A DNA stretch of 64,000 nucleotides, from NCBI GenBank assembly GCA_021372415.1, contig JAJFUM010000373.1, forward strand, positions 902 through 64,901, given 5' to 3'. This DNA comes from Deltaproteobacteria bacterium (lineage in GTDB: Bacteria > Desulfobacterota > Syntrophia > Syntrophales > UBA5619). The notes beneath the pieces are model-generated. The model was not told the origin of the DNA and made no database searches. It was given only the letters and a program-made list of their open reading frames with translations. The translations under genes were made by a program, and so were the position numbers. Shown piece by piece: positions 1 through 9,878 of the stretch; the first letter of the stretch is position 1, and each line of letters begins with the position of its first letter.

Positions 1-151
1 ATGCTTCGGTAAGCAATCGCTGCGACTACGGGAAATGACCGGATGCGGCGTTGCGCTTCGGTCCTCGCGCGCCTTCCCTCCGGACCATTTTCCGTAGCCG
101 CCATTAGATGGGTGATGGCCAAGAAGGTTATACGATTTAAGAGGGGCTAGT

Positions 152-1387
152 ATGATGTTTCAATTCTTTCAGGAGATGGAACGGGGGATCGAGGCCTCGA
201 TCCGCGCCAGCGGAGGCCAGGCGAGCCCTCGGAAGCGCTACACCCTGGAAGTGGCCCGCCTGGGCCGCCGCCTCTACTCCGGCCGGGACAAGATGGCCTG
301 GTGCGGCGTCGTCACCCCTTTCGACCTCTTGAACGCCATGGGCGTCACCTCCTGTTTTGTGGAATTCGTCGGAGCCATGCTCGCATCGACGGGGATGGTG
401 GGGGGGTTCATCGAGGCCGCCGACCATCTCGGCTACTCCTCCGACGCCTGCAGTTTCCACCGCTCGGTTCTGGGGGCCGCCATGAAGAATACCATGCCTG
501 TCCCTGACGTCCTCATTGGGACAACGAACCCCTGCAGCGGGGGATTGGCCGTCATTGAGAACCTGGCGCGCCACTTTGCCAAGCCCCTCTTCATCCTTCA
601 CATCCCCCAGGACGAATCGGGCGGTAACGTCCCCTACCTGGCCGATCAGATCCGCCGCATGACCCGGTTCGTCACCGACCATACGGGGCTCCCCCTGGAT
701 CGGGAACGGCTCCGGCGGGCCATTGAGAACACGAACCGCGTCCATGCCGTCGGCTCGGAGGTGTACGAGCTGGCCCGGCATGTCCCCTCCCCCGCCACGA
801 GCCGGGACCTGAGCAACTTCGGGATCGTCATGTCTCTCTTCCTGGGGGCCGAGGGGGCCGTCGAAGTGGCCGAGGCCTACCGGGACGCTTTCCGGCAGCG
901 GATCGCCTCCGGCAAAGGTGGGGTTCCCGGGGAGAAGGTCCGTCTCCTCTGGATCCAGAACCGGATACAGTTCCGCCATCCCCTGGAGAAGATGCTGGAG
1001 GACGAGTACCAGGCCTCCATCGTCATCGACGAGCTCAACGACTTCAACTGGGTCCCCATCGATCCGGACGAGCCCTTCGAGGGGCTGGCCAGGCGTTCGA
1101 TTGCCATTCCCTTCAACGGGACGATGGAAACTCGGGTGGCGCATCTCCAGAAACTGGCCCGGGATTACAAGGTCCACGGCGCCGTCAACCCGTGCAACTG
1201 GGGCTGCCGCCAGGGGACCGGCGCCCGGGGCCTGATCGAGGCGGGGCTCAAGGAGATCGGGGTCCCGGTCCTCAACCTTGAGGTGGACTGCGTGGACGAT
1301 CGGAAATTCACCGAGGGGCAGGTCCGCACCCGTCTGGAGGCTTTCCTGGAGATGCTGGACGGAAGGCCGCAGTCCCTGCAGGGGTGA
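152..1387 (+). CDS. 2-hydroxyacyl-CoA dehydratase family subunit (HgdB/BcrB/BadE-like)
   Basis: 411-aa ORF with AAGAGGGG RBS before ATG 152. Family-typical conserved cysteines (DACSFH, NPCSGG, NPCNWGC). Directly followed by the cognate activator ATPase. Confidence 0.8.
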   Translation: MMFQFFQEMERGIEASIRASGGQASPRKRYTLEVARLGRRLYSGRDKMAWCGVVTPFDLLNAMGVTSCFVEFVGAMLASTGMVGGFIEAADHLGYSSDACSFHRSVLGAAMKNTMPVPDVLIGTTNPCSGGLAVIENLARHFAKPLFILHIPQDESGGNVPYLADQIRRMTRFVTDHTGLPLDRERLRRAIENTNRVHAVGSEVYELARHVPSPATSRDLSNFGIVMSLFLGAEGAVEVAEAYRDAFRQRIASGKGGVPGEKVRLLWIQNRIQFRHPLEKMLEDEYQASIVIDELNDFNWVPIDPDEPFEGLARRSIAIPFNGTMETRVAHLQKLARDYKVHGAVNPCNWGCRQGTGARGLIEAGLKEIGVPVLNLEVDCVDDRKFTEGQVRTRLEAFLEMLDGRPQSLQG

Positions 1388-1516
1388 TCCGTCGGTCAAT
1401 CTCCCGAGCCGTGATGACGGCGGGGGCGCGGGCATGTCTCCTTCATGAGGGACAGCCAGGCGGAAGACGGGTCCCAAGGTTTCTTGAAACCGCCGGAATG
1501 ACGGCAAAGGGGATTC

Positions 1517-2350
1517 ATGCGTTATTATTTGGGAATCGACATCGGGAGTCTCTCCTGCGATGCCGTCCTGATCGACGGAAGCGGGAAGGTCGCGGCAAGC
1601 GCCGTTGTGCCGACAGGGGCAAAGAACCGGGAGGCGATTGCCCGGGTGACCGACGAGGTCCTCCTGAGGGCGGGGATCGACAGAGCAGTCCTTCGGGGCG
1701 TCGTCTCGACGGGCTATGGCCGGGACCGGGTGGAGGGCCGCCTTGTGGCGGTGACAGAGATCACCTGTCACGCCAGGGGGATGCGGTTCTTGAACCCCGC
1801 GACGCGGGTCCTCATCGACATCGGCGGCCAGGACAGCAAATGCATCAGCCTGTCCGCCGAGGGGGCCGTCGTCAACTTCGCCATGAACGACAAGTGCGCC
1901 GCCGGGACGGGCCGCTTCCTGGAGGCAATGGCCAGGGCCCTGGGCGTCGACATTGACGATCTGGGCTCCCTCGACGACGGGGCGCTGGGGACTCACGCCA
2001 TCAGCAGCATGTGCAGCAGCATGTGCACCGTCTTTGCCGAGAGCGAGGTTGTCTCGCTCATCGCCGACGGGGTCCCGGTAAACGAGATCGTCCTGGGGCT
2101 CCACCGGGCGATTGCCGCCCGGACCGTCTCTCTCCTGAAACGGACGATCCCCGACGCCGACGGTCAGGCCCTGTCCATGTCCGGCGGGGTGGCCAGGAAT
2201 CGGGGGGTCGTCCGGGCCATGGCCGAGGCCCTTGGCCGTCCGATCTTCGTCCCCGAGCTGCCCGATACGGTAGGCGCCCTGGGGGCGGCGATCATCGCCC
2301 GGGAGCGCTGCGAGAGGGCCCCTGCCGTCCCGGAGGCTAGCCTCGCCTGA
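1517..2350 (+). CDS. BadF/BadG/BcrA/BcrD-type ATPase, dehydratase activator (HgdC-like)
   Basis: Actin-fold phosphate motifs YLGIDIGS and IDIGGQDSK. Cluster-ligand cysteines in NDKCAAGTGRFLE and CTVFAESE. AAAGGGGA RBS. Confidence 0.85.
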   Translation: MRYYLGIDIGSLSCDAVLIDGSGKVAASAVVPTGAKNREAIARVTDEVLLRAGIDRAVLRGVVSTGYGRDRVEGRLVAVTEITCHARGMRFLNPATRVLIDIGGQDSKCISLSAEGAVVNFAMNDKCAAGTGRFLEAMARALGVDIDDLGSLDDGALGTHAISSMCSSMCTVFAESEVVSLIADGVPVNEIVLGLHRAIAARTVSLLKRTIPDADGQALSMSGGVARNRGVVRAMAEALGRPIFVPELPDTVGALGAAIIARERCERAPAVPEASLA

Positions 2351-3374
2351 AGCGCCACTTCAGGACCGGTGGGATCGCCAGCAGGATGGAGAAAAGTCTG
2401 AAAAGCTGAAAGCCGAGAACGAAGGCCACATCGGCGCCGAGGGCCAGGGCGGTGACGCCCATCTCGGCGATCCCTCCGGGTGCTGTCCCCAGAAAGGCGG
2501 AAAGCAGATCGACGGGGGTCAGAACCGTCAAGCCAAAGGCGATCAGATAGGTGAAGGCCACCAGGAGGACTGCGCCGACAACGGCGTAGGGCAGGACCCT
2601 GCCGAGGCGCCTGAGGCTCTCCAGGTCGACGATGATCCCCATGTAGACCCCGAAGAAAAGCTGGGCCGTATGTATGACCGTGCCCGGGACCGGTGGGGCC
2701 GGGTTTCCGGCCAGGACCACCGCTGCTGTGGCGAAGATGGGGCCCAGGAGAAAGGGGATCGGCAATTTGATCAGCCATGCCAGCCAGGCGCCAAGAGGTG
2801 CGGCCAGGACCGCCGGCAGGGCGGCAAGGGTCCAGGGGGCGGCCGTCCGGATCAACGGGGACAGGCCGCCGTGCGGATGGGCCATTCCATAGGTGGCCAC
2901 GAAGGGGACGATGAAGATCACCGCCAGGACCCGGATCATCTGCATGAAGGTCACGGCGGTGATGTCCGCGTCCCCGATCTCCTCGCTCAGGATGATCATC
3001 TGCGCCAGCCCGCCGGGCATGCTGCCCAGGACGCCGCTCGCCAGGCTGATCCCGGTCCGCTGGTGGGTGACGTAGCCGGTCGCCAGACAGAACAGGACAG
3101 TCAGCAGCATCGCAATGGCCATCCCCGGGAGGTTGTCCAGGATCTGATGGGTCGTCTCAACGGTGAGGGTTCTGCCCATGGAATAGCCGATCACGACGAG
3201 GGCCGCGTTCCGGAGGTGGATCGGCCAAAGGGCCCGCCGGCCGCTGAGGGCATTGTAAACCAGGGTCGCCGTCAGGGGACCCAGCATCCAGGGCAGGGGG
3301 ATGTGCAGGAGGTCGAAGAGCAGGCCGCCTGGGATCGCGACCAGCCCAGTGGTGATTATCCTTAACTTTTTCAT
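2337..3374 (-). CDS. AbrB-family (AbrB-duplication) integral membrane protein
   Basis: 345 aa, hydrophobic throughout with two similar halves. N-terminus MKKLRIITTGLVAIPGGLLFDLLHIPLPWMLGP is typical of this family. Its 3' end overlaps the activator gene by 14 nt. Confidence 0.7.
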   Translation of the reverse strand: MKKLRIITTGLVAIPGGLLFDLLHIPLPWMLGPLTATLVYNALSGRRALWPIHLRNAALVVIGYSMGRTLTVETTHQILDNLPGMAIAMLLTVLFCLATGYVTHQRTGISLASGVLGSMPGGLAQMIILSEEIGDADITAVTFMQMIRVLAVIFIVPFVATYGMAHPHGGLSPLIRTAAPWTLAALPAVLAAPLGAWLAWLIKLPIPFLLGPIFATAAVVLAGNPAPPVPGTVIHTAQLFFGVYMGIIVDLESLRRLGRVLPYAVVGAVLLVAFTYLIAFGLTVLTPVDLLSAFLGTAPGGIAEMGVTALALGADVAFVLGFQLFRLFSILLAIPPVLKWRFRRG

Positions 3375-3738
3375 TCTTCAAGACGCTTCCCGGGGTCGCC
3401 GGCGTTTCCTTCCTGTCTCTCCGGAAACTTCCGGAGCCCCTCGGTCGCCCGGCCGCCTGATGGGGATGCGAAGGGCGCAGGCTGTTCCATACACCACCGG
3501 GCGGTGCGAAATCAAGACGCCCTTCCCGGTATCTTGATCCTTCGTGGCCGCAACGCGGCGGCCTGTTCCCGGTGACGGGTCCCTCTGGGCCTCGGCGGCG
3601 CCATGGCCCCCACCCCTTGTCGATCCCCCGGATCAGGGTTTCTCATTATTATAAGGGAAGCGACCGGTAAGGATAATGAGGATAATAAGGCGAAGAAGGT
3701 GTATACTGTCCCTCAAGAAACCCGGTGGAGCTTCGCCC

Positions 3739-4500
3739 ATGGACAAGGCGCTCATGCAGCAGTACAGATCCTTCCTCAAGGACACGATCCGCAAGCGGAT
3801 CGATTTCTCGAGGACCGACCAGAGCCGGGGGATTGCTCCGCCGCCCATCGAGAAGCCCGCCCCGGCCGGCGGGGCCCGGATCGACCTGGCGGCGGTCGGC
3901 GCCTGGAAAGGCATCGCCGACATCGGCCTGGCCGCTGCGATCGGAAATCGCGTGAGCCATCGGACCTACCGCAAAGGGGCCCTCAGCCTGGACGAGCTCT
4001 CCTTTCTCCTCTGGGCGACTCAGGGGGTGCGCCAGCGGATTGACAGCGGCCACGCCTACCGGACCGTCCCCTCGGCGGGCTGCCGTCACGCCTTGGAGAC
4101 CTACCTGTGCGTCCTGTCTGTAGACGGCCTGGAGAGGGGGGTCTACCGCTACCTCCCCCTGGAGCACCAACTCCTCTACGAGTTCACCGAGGAGGACCTG
4201 GCCGGGCGGATCGTCCGGGCCGCTTTCGGCCAGCCCTATCCTGGCCAGGCCGCCGTGACCTTTGTTTGGACGGCGATTCCTTACCGGATGGAGTGGCGCT
4301 ACGGTTTGACGGCGCACAAGGTGATCGCCATCGACGCCGGCCATGTGGGCCAGAACCTCTACCTGGCCTGTCAGGCGATCGGCGCCGGGACCTGCGCCAT
4401 CGCTGCCTACGATCAGGAGGCAATGGACGGGCTCCTGAGGCTGGACGGCCAGGAGGAGTTCACGATCTACCTTGCGCCTGTGGGCAAGGTCGGACCCTGA
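3739..4500 (+). CDS. SagB/ThcOx-type nitroreductase-family dehydrogenase
   Basis: Motifs LSFLLWATQGV, RTVPSAGCRHALETY and GAGTCAIAAYD. The ORF opens at 3676, but ATG 3739 has a GGTGGAG RBS and removes an Arg-rich unlikely leader. Confidence 0.75.
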   Translation: MDKALMQQYRSFLKDTIRKRIDFSRTDQSRGIAPPPIEKPAPAGGARIDLAAVGAWKGIADIGLAAAIGNRVSHRTYRKGALSLDELSFLLWATQGVRQRIDSGHAYRTVPSAGCRHALETYLCVLSVDGLERGVYRYLPLEHQLLYEFTEEDLAGRIVRAAFGQPYPGQAAVTFVWTAIPYRMEWRYGLTAHKVIAIDAGHVGQNLYLACQAIGAGTCAIAAYDQEAMDGLLRLDGQEEFTIYLAPVGKVGP

Positions 4501-4545
4501 AAGGGGCCGTTCGGCCGCTCCAATCACAGGAAAGCTGTCTGGGTC

Positions 4546-5394
4546 ATGGGGCCGCGTCGAGCCGTCATGAATCTTGGATCCCTCATAGGGAACGTTGTCC
4601 CGATCGTTTTGGCCATGTCGCTTTTCGGCTGCAACCTACAGGACAGGATGCTTTACTATCCCGAACCGTCGGTCCCCTCCAAGGAGGCACTGGCTGCAAA
4701 CCACCTCCAGTTCTGGCCCTCCGGGCCGGAGGGTTACCGGGGGTTCATCGGGACGGAAGGGCCAGCCGCGCCCAGGGGCACGATCGTCGTTTTCCACGGC
4801 AATGCCGGGACAGCGGCCGACCGGTTCTATTACTTGAAGGCTTTGGAGCCGCTGGGGTACCGCGTCATCCTGGCCGAATATCCCCGGTACGGGAGGCGGG
4901 GCGGGGAACTGGGCGAGGGGTCTTTTGTGGCCGACGCCAGGGAATCGATCCGCAGGGCCTCGCAATACGGACGGCCCCTATACCTCTTGGGTGAATCCCT
5001 GGGGTGCGCCGTGGCGGCGGGCGTGGCCTCCAACCCGTCGCCACGGATCGATGGGGTCCTGCTGATCACGCCCTGGGACACCCTGAAGGCGGTGGCCAAA
5101 TCCCATTTCCCCTTTCTGCCCGTGGGCCTCTTTCTCAGGGACCGCTACGACAGCGGGGAGAATCTCAAGACCTTCCCCGGAAGGATTGCCGTCGTGGGGG
5201 CCGAACGCGACGAGATCGTTCCCGTGCGCCATGCCGAGGCCCTCTACCGATCCCTCCCCGGCTCCAACAAAAGGATGTGGACCCTCAGGGGGGTCGGTCA
5301 CAACGACTGGCTGATGGCCGCCGGTCCCGAGATCTGGAGGGAGTTCATGGCCTTCCTCGAGGAAGATGCTGAGGCATCACACCCTCCCCCGTGA
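4546..5394 (+). CDS. alpha/beta hydrolase, probable lipoprotein
   Basis: Lipobox SLFGC after a hydrophobic N-terminus. Oxyanion VVFHGNAG, nucleophile elbow GESLG, C-terminal GVGHND. Alternative start at 4567. Confidence 0.8.
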   Translation: MGPRRAVMNLGSLIGNVVPIVLAMSLFGCNLQDRMLYYPEPSVPSKEALAANHLQFWPSGPEGYRGFIGTEGPAAPRGTIVVFHGNAGTAADRFYYLKALEPLGYRVILAEYPRYGRRGGELGEGSFVADARESIRRASQYGRPLYLLGESLGCAVAAGVASNPSPRIDGVLLITPWDTLKAVAKSHFPFLPVGLFLRDRYDSGENLKTFPGRIAVVGAERDEIVPVRHAEALYRSLPGSNKRMWTLRGVGHNDWLMAAGPEIWREFMAFLEEDAEASHPPP

Positions 5395-6821
5395 ATGACC
5401 CGGACCAACTCGTCCACGTATTGCTTCATGTTCCGCGCCTGGGCGTTCATCTCCTCGGCGGCACTGGCCGATTCTTCGGAATTGGTGGCATTTTCCTGGA
5501 CCACCGTGTCCATCTCATGGATGGCTTGGTTGATCTGTTCGATTCCCTGAGCCTGCTCCCCCGAGGCGGTCGCGATTTCGTTGACGAAGTCCGTCACCTT
5601 CTTCGCGATATCCCGGTTGTTGGACAGTTCGCCATTGACCGCCACGAAGAGGGAGGAAGCCAGCTGAATCTTCTGCATGGAATCCGCGATCAGGGCTGCG
5701 GTGTTCTTGGCCGCCTCCGCCGAGCGCATGGCCAAGTTCCTCACTTCCTGGGCCACGACGGCGAACCCTGCTCCTGTATCGCCGGCCCGGGCCGCCTCGA
5801 CGGCGGCATTGAGTGCCAGGAGGTTGGTCTGGAAGGCGATTTCATCAATAGTCTTGATGATTTTGGATGTTTCCTCGCTGGCCTTGACGCTGTCACCAAT
5901 AACCGCCTCCATATCGGCCATCTTCTCGGTAATCGTCTGGTAGCTCTGCCCAGCGTCTCTGGACATCATGCCGCTGGCCTCGCCGGCGCTTTCGGCGTTG
6001 CGCTTGGTCATAGAGGACATCTCCTCGATGGACGATGAGGTTTCCTCCATCACCGCGGCCTGTCTCGATGCCCCGTCGGCGAGGCTCTGGCTGGCCGAGG
6101 CCACTTGGGCCGAGGCCGCGACCACTTGATCGGCACTTTCGTCGAGGCCGGCAATGACGCGGTTGATCGGTCGGGTGATCATGAGGGGGAAGAAGATTCC
6201 GAATCCTACGGTCAGCAAGACGCCGAACATGGTACCAACCGTGGCCAGGAGTTTGATCCGGTCCGCAGCCCGGACAGCGGTGATCTCCTGCTCCCGGGCC
6301 TCCTTCAAGTTCAGGGTGATCAACTCGTCAATGTTATTGGTCACCGCAACGGAGCTTTCCCGGAGCCTTCCGTCCGTGAGGACCATGGCCTCCTCGCGTC
6401 GGTTGGCTTTCATCAGTTCGAGGTACTGTCGGTAGTCCCGTTTCCATGCCTCCCCGTAACGCGTCACGCTGCTCCAGCGTTCCGCCTGCTCCCGGCCCTT
6501 GGGCAGGGCCTCGTAGACCGCCGAGGCCTCTTCCATCTGCTTCCAGGCGCTTTCGGCGTTGGCGAATTGGCGGTTCTTGATCTCCCCATTGCTGGCGAAT
6601 TCAGGGACCAGGAGGGAACGTTCCACCACGCGCAGTAAGGTCTGAGCCTCCTTCAGGGCTGCCAACGATTTGACGCTCGGCAGGGTGACATTGTTGGTTG
6701 CTTTGAGAGCCTCTTCGGTCCGATAGATGCCGTAGGATCCGACCGCCCCGCCGACGATGATGATCAAGGCAATGCAGATGAAACCGGCAATCAATTTGGT
6801 GCTTAACTTCATATTTTTCAT
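5298..6821 (-). CDS. methyl-accepting chemotaxis protein
   Basis: N-terminal TM, periplasmic 4-helix region, second TM and HAMP. Highly conserved signalling hairpin [38 protein letters not shown]. Confidence 0.9.
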   Translation of the reverse strand: MKNMKLSTKLIAGFICIALIIIVGGAVGSYGIYRTEEALKATNNVTLPSVKSLAALKEAQTLLRVVERSLLVPEFASNGEIKNRQFANAESAWKQMEEASAVYEALPKGREQAERWSSVTRYGEAWKRDYRQYLELMKANRREEAMVLTDGRLRESSVAVTNNIDELITLNLKEAREQEITAVRAADRIKLLATVGTMFGVLLTVGFGIFFPLMITRPINRVIAGLDESADQVVAASAQVASASQSLADGASRQAAVMEETSSSIEEMSSMTKRNAESAGEASGMMSRDAGQSYQTITEKMADMEAVIGDSVKASEETSKIIKTIDEIAFQTNLLALNAAVEAARAGDTGAGFAVVAQEVRNLAMRSAEAAKNTAALIADSMQKIQLASSLFVAVNGELSNNRDIAKKVTDFVNEIATASGEQAQGIEQINQAIHEMDTVVQENATNSEESASAAEEMNAQARNMKQYVDELVRVIHGGGCDASASSSRKAMNSLQISGPAAISQSL

Positions 6822-7066
6822 GGTTTACCCCCAATATCTTCCTGAGTGTTGGAGAACAGCGCAGCTTAAAGATCCCTGACTATGTGTACGATAGCGGACT
6901 CCCGGGCTGAGGAATCCTAATCGATGCGGCCGATCCTTACCTGGTGATGTTTTCAAAGATCAGGTGGGGCCTATCCGGAACTAATCTGGCTGTCTATCAA
7001 AATCCGTGCCATTTTTGGCTTCGATGGCGGGCTGGTCCTTCGGGACGCGCAGGAAGGGGTTCCGGC

Positions 7067-9256
7067 TCAGGACCGCAGCCGGTCGCCCAGGAGCGTGTAG
7101 CGTTTCTCGGTCCTGTTGTTTTTGACGGCGATCGCCAGGGCCTTCTTCGTCCCGACGATGACGACGAGCCTCTTCCCCCGCGTGACCCCGGTGTAGAGAA
7201 GGTTCCGCTGGAGGAGGATGTAGTGCTGGGTCAGGATCGGGATGACCACCGCGGGGTACTCGGAACCCTGGGACTTGTGGATCGAAACGGCATAGGCATG
7301 GGTGAGCTCGTCGAGCTCAGAGAAGTCGTAGGGGACTTCCCGGCCGTCGATGGACACCAGGACCTCCTGCCCCTCCGTATCGATACCGGTGATCCGGCCG
7401 ATGTCCCCGTTGTAGACCTCTTTGTCGTAGTTGTTGGCGACCTGCATGACTTTGTCGCCCGTCCGGTAGAGCCTCCCCATCCGGGCGATCCCCTCCTCGC
7501 CGGGATTGAGGGCCTTCTGGAGTTCGGCGTTGAGGTTCAGCCCCCCGACAATCCCCCGGTGCATCGGGGTAAGGACCTGGATGTCGTCGATCGGGTCAAG
7601 GCCGAAGCGCTTCGGAATCCGCTCCCTCACCAGGGTGATGATCATCTCCAGGACCTTCTGGGGGTCCTCCTGCTCGACGAAGTAGAAATCGTCGAGCCGC
7701 TCCTGGCTGCTGACGAGGTTCGGCATCAAACCCTCGTTGATCCGGTGGGCATTGACGATGATCGAGCTCTCCCGGGCCTGGCGGAAGATCTCGGAGAGCT
7801 CCACGACCGGGACCGCCCCGGAGTCGATGACGTCCCTCAGGACGTTCCCCGCCCCGACGGAGGGCAACTGGTTCACGTCCCCCACCATCACGAAGGTCGC
7901 CCGGGGAGGGACCGCCTTCATCAGGTGGTGCATCAGAAGGGTGTCGATCATCGAGGCCTCATCCACGATCAGAAGGTCACAGTCCAAAGGCGAGTTCTCG
8001 TTCTTCTGGAATCCCCCCTTCTGGAAGCTGTACTCCAACAGGCGGTGGATCGTCTTGGCCTCCTGGCCCGTCGCTTCGGTCATCCTCTTGGCGGCCCGGC
8101 CCGTCGGAGCCGCCAGAAGGACCTTGGTCCGGATTCCTGAGAAGATGCGGATGAGGGCGTTGATGATCGTGGTCTTACCCGTCCCGGGTCCCCCGGTGAT
8201 CACCATCACCTTGTGGTCGGCGGCGGAGCGGATCGCCTCGAACTGCTTTTCGGCCAGGGTGATCGCGAGCTTCTCCTGGATCCAGGGGATCACCTTTTCG
8301 GCGTCGATCCGCCGGCCGGTCCGGGGGGCCCCGATCAGGGACTTCAGGCGGGCGGCGAGCTGGGTCTCGGCCAGGTGATAGCCCGCCAGGTAGACGGCTT
8401 TGTGGTTCTCCCGGAAGGTCCCGGCATCCCGGTTTAGATCCTCAATGACGATCCGGCCGTCGACGGTGATCGTCGCGACGGCCTTGGCGATGATCTCTCT
8501 GTCGATCGCCAGGATCTCCCGGCACCTCTCGATCAGGGGGTCGTAGGGGTAGTAGACGTGCCCTTCGTCGGTCAGCTCATGCAGGACGTAGAGGATCCCG
8601 GCCTCGGCGCGGAGCTCCGAATCGCGGGCGAATCCGAGCTTCTCGGCGATCCTGTCGGCGCTGACGAAGCCGATCCCGAAGACGTCCGTGGCCAGCCGGT
8701 AGGGGTTCTCCCGGACGACGGCGATCGCCTGGTCCCCGTAGTGTTTGTAGATGCGGGCGGCATAACCCGCGCCGACGCCGTGGGACTGCAGGAAGATCAT
8801 GATGGCGCGGATCTCCCTCTGCTCCTCCCAGGCCTTGCGGATCATGGCGATCCTCTTGGGGCCGATCCCCTCGATCTCGGAGAGCCGCTCGGTGGCATGC
8901 TCGATGACGTCGAGGGTCTGCTCCTTGAATTTTTTGACGATCCGCTTGGCCATGACCGGGCCGATCCCCTTGACCAGGCCCGAGCCCAGGTATTTCTCGA
9001 TGCCGATTACGGTAGCGGGGACGGCGCTTTGGCAGAAGGCGATCTTGAACTGCTCGCCGTATTTGGGATGGCGGCCCCATTCGCCCTTCATGGAGAGGAT
9101 CTCGCCGGGGGTGGGATTGACGATGTGGCCGACGACGGTGACCAACTCCTTGCGACCGGCAACCTTCACCCGGGCGATGGTGAAGCCGTTCTCTTCGCTG
9201 ACATAGGTGATCCGCTCGATCTGGCCGCGGAGCTCCACGAGATTGTCGTTCGCCAT
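7067..9256 (-). CDS. recD2: RecD2-like SF1 ATP-dependent DNA helicase
   Basis: 729 aa. Walker A VITGGPGTGKTT, Walker B LIVDEASM, VGDVNQLPSVGAGNV, SIHKSQGSEYP. N-terminal HhH region (GIGPKRIA). Confidence 0.9.
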   Translation of the reverse strand: MANDNLVELRGQIERITYVSEENGFTIARVKVAGRKELVTVVGHIVNPTPGEILSMKGEWGRHPKYGEQFKIAFCQSAVPATVIGIEKYLGSGLVKGIGPVMAKRIVKKFKEQTLDVIEHATERLSEIEGIGPKRIAMIRKAWEEQREIRAIMIFLQSHGVGAGYAARIYKHYGDQAIAVVRENPYRLATDVFGIGFVSADRIAEKLGFARDSELRAEAGILYVLHELTDEGHVYYPYDPLIERCREILAIDREIIAKAVATITVDGRIVIEDLNRDAGTFRENHKAVYLAGYHLAETQLAARLKSLIGAPRTGRRIDAEKVIPWIQEKLAITLAEKQFEAIRSAADHKVMVITGGPGTGKTTIINALIRIFSGIRTKVLLAAPTGRAAKRMTEATGQEAKTIHRLLEYSFQKGGFQKNENSPLDCDLLIVDEASMIDTLLMHHLMKAVPPRATFVMVGDVNQLPSVGAGNVLRDVIDSGAVPVVELSEIFRQARESSIIVNAHRINEGLMPNLVSSQERLDDFYFVEQEDPQKVLEMIITLVRERIPKRFGLDPIDDIQVLTPMHRGIVGGLNLNAELQKALNPGEEGIARMGRLYRTGDKVMQVANNYDKEVYNGDIGRITGIDTEGQEVLVSIDGREVPYDFSELDELTHAYAVSIHKSQGSEYPAVVIPILTQHYILLQRNLLYTGVTRGKRLVVIVGTKKALAIAVKNNRTEKRYTLLGDRLRS

Positions 9257-9415
9257 GGGCGGTCCGTTCCGGTTGTGGCCTTCGACGGCATCCGTGCCGC
9301 TTTCCGGCTGTGCCGGGGGACACTCTAGGGCACTTGGGGCCGGATTGCAAACATTTCATGGCGATGGCAAAACAGTTCCGTGACACCCTTGACCGGGCCG
9401 GAGCTCTCTGGGATA

Positions 9416-9462
9416 ATGACCGTGTCGGCAAGCGTTGGTGTGCGGCTTGCCGACACGGTCAT
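9416..9462. repeat. perfect 16-bp (18 bp with flanking AT pairs) inverted repeat with 11-nt spacer
   Basis: GACCGTGTCGGCAAGC gttggtgtgcg GCTTGCCGACACGGTC, ending 32 nt upstream of the ACT-like gene start. Confidence 0.8.
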
Positions 9463-9493
9463 GTCATAATTAGGATGGAAAAAGGGAGGTGTT

Positions 9494-9751
9494 ATGTCCA
9501 AACGAATCGTTTTTGGGGTTCAGATCACCAAGAGGGTCCAGAATGTGCCGGCTGTCCAGGCCGTCCTGACGGAATACGGCTGCAACATCCGGACCCGCCT
9601 GGGACTGCACGAGGTGACCGAGTCCATCTGTTCGACCGTCGGCCTGCTCCTCTTGGACACCTACGGGGACGAGAAGCAGATCCTCGAGATGGAGTCCAAG
9701 CTCAAGGACGTCAAGGGTGTGGTTGTCCAAAAGATGGTCTTTGAACAATAA
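9494..9751 (+). CDS. small ACT/ferredoxin-like-fold protein, resembles the TM1266 family (putative iron-only hydrogenase system regulator family)
   Basis: 85 aa with strong RBS AAAGGGAGG. Pattern RIVFGVQI..VQAVLTEYGCNIRTRLGLHEV..GLLLLD..LESKLKDVKGVVVQK matches this family from memory. No hydrogenase maturation genes are nearby. Confidence 0.5.
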   Translation: MSKRIVFGVQITKRVQNVPAVQAVLTEYGCNIRTRLGLHEVTESICSTVGLLLLDTYGDEKQILEMESKLKDVKGVVVQKMVFEQ

Positions 9752-9878
9752 CTCGGACATGGCGTCGGGACGGGGTGATCGGAAGGCGATGTGGAAGCTG
9801 CCTGCGCGGGGCTATCCAGAGGGTCTTCGATCCCCGGCCCGGCGCATGTACCGCCCCTCATTCCTAATCAAGGGGGGG

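Noticed and set aside
137-2104. Very long antisense or alternative-frame ORFs throughout the window. Examples: 137..2104(-), 10198..13284(-), 22391..24799(-), 41173..43359(+), 28701..30377(+, 5' part), 30694..31962(-), 54215..55378(-).
   Set aside because: These are typical shadow ORFs of GC-rich DNA. Their translations are Arg/Pro/Gly-rich low-complexity strings with no motifs. Each fully overlaps a gene on another frame or strand that has clear family signatures and an RBS.
3739-4500. SagB-type dehydrogenase as a marker of a thiazole/oxazole RiPP (TOMM) cluster.
   Set aside because: No YcaO or cyclodehydratase, no precursor peptide and no dedicated exporter lie nearby. Stand-alone SagB-like nitroreductases are common.
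7001-7016. sigma54-like motif TGGCACGGATTTTGAT (minus strand) upstream of the MCP gene.
   Set aside because: The -12 element reads TTGA instead of TTGC, so the invariant GC is missing. MCP genes are more often sigma28 or sigma70 dependent. It is not reported as a feature.
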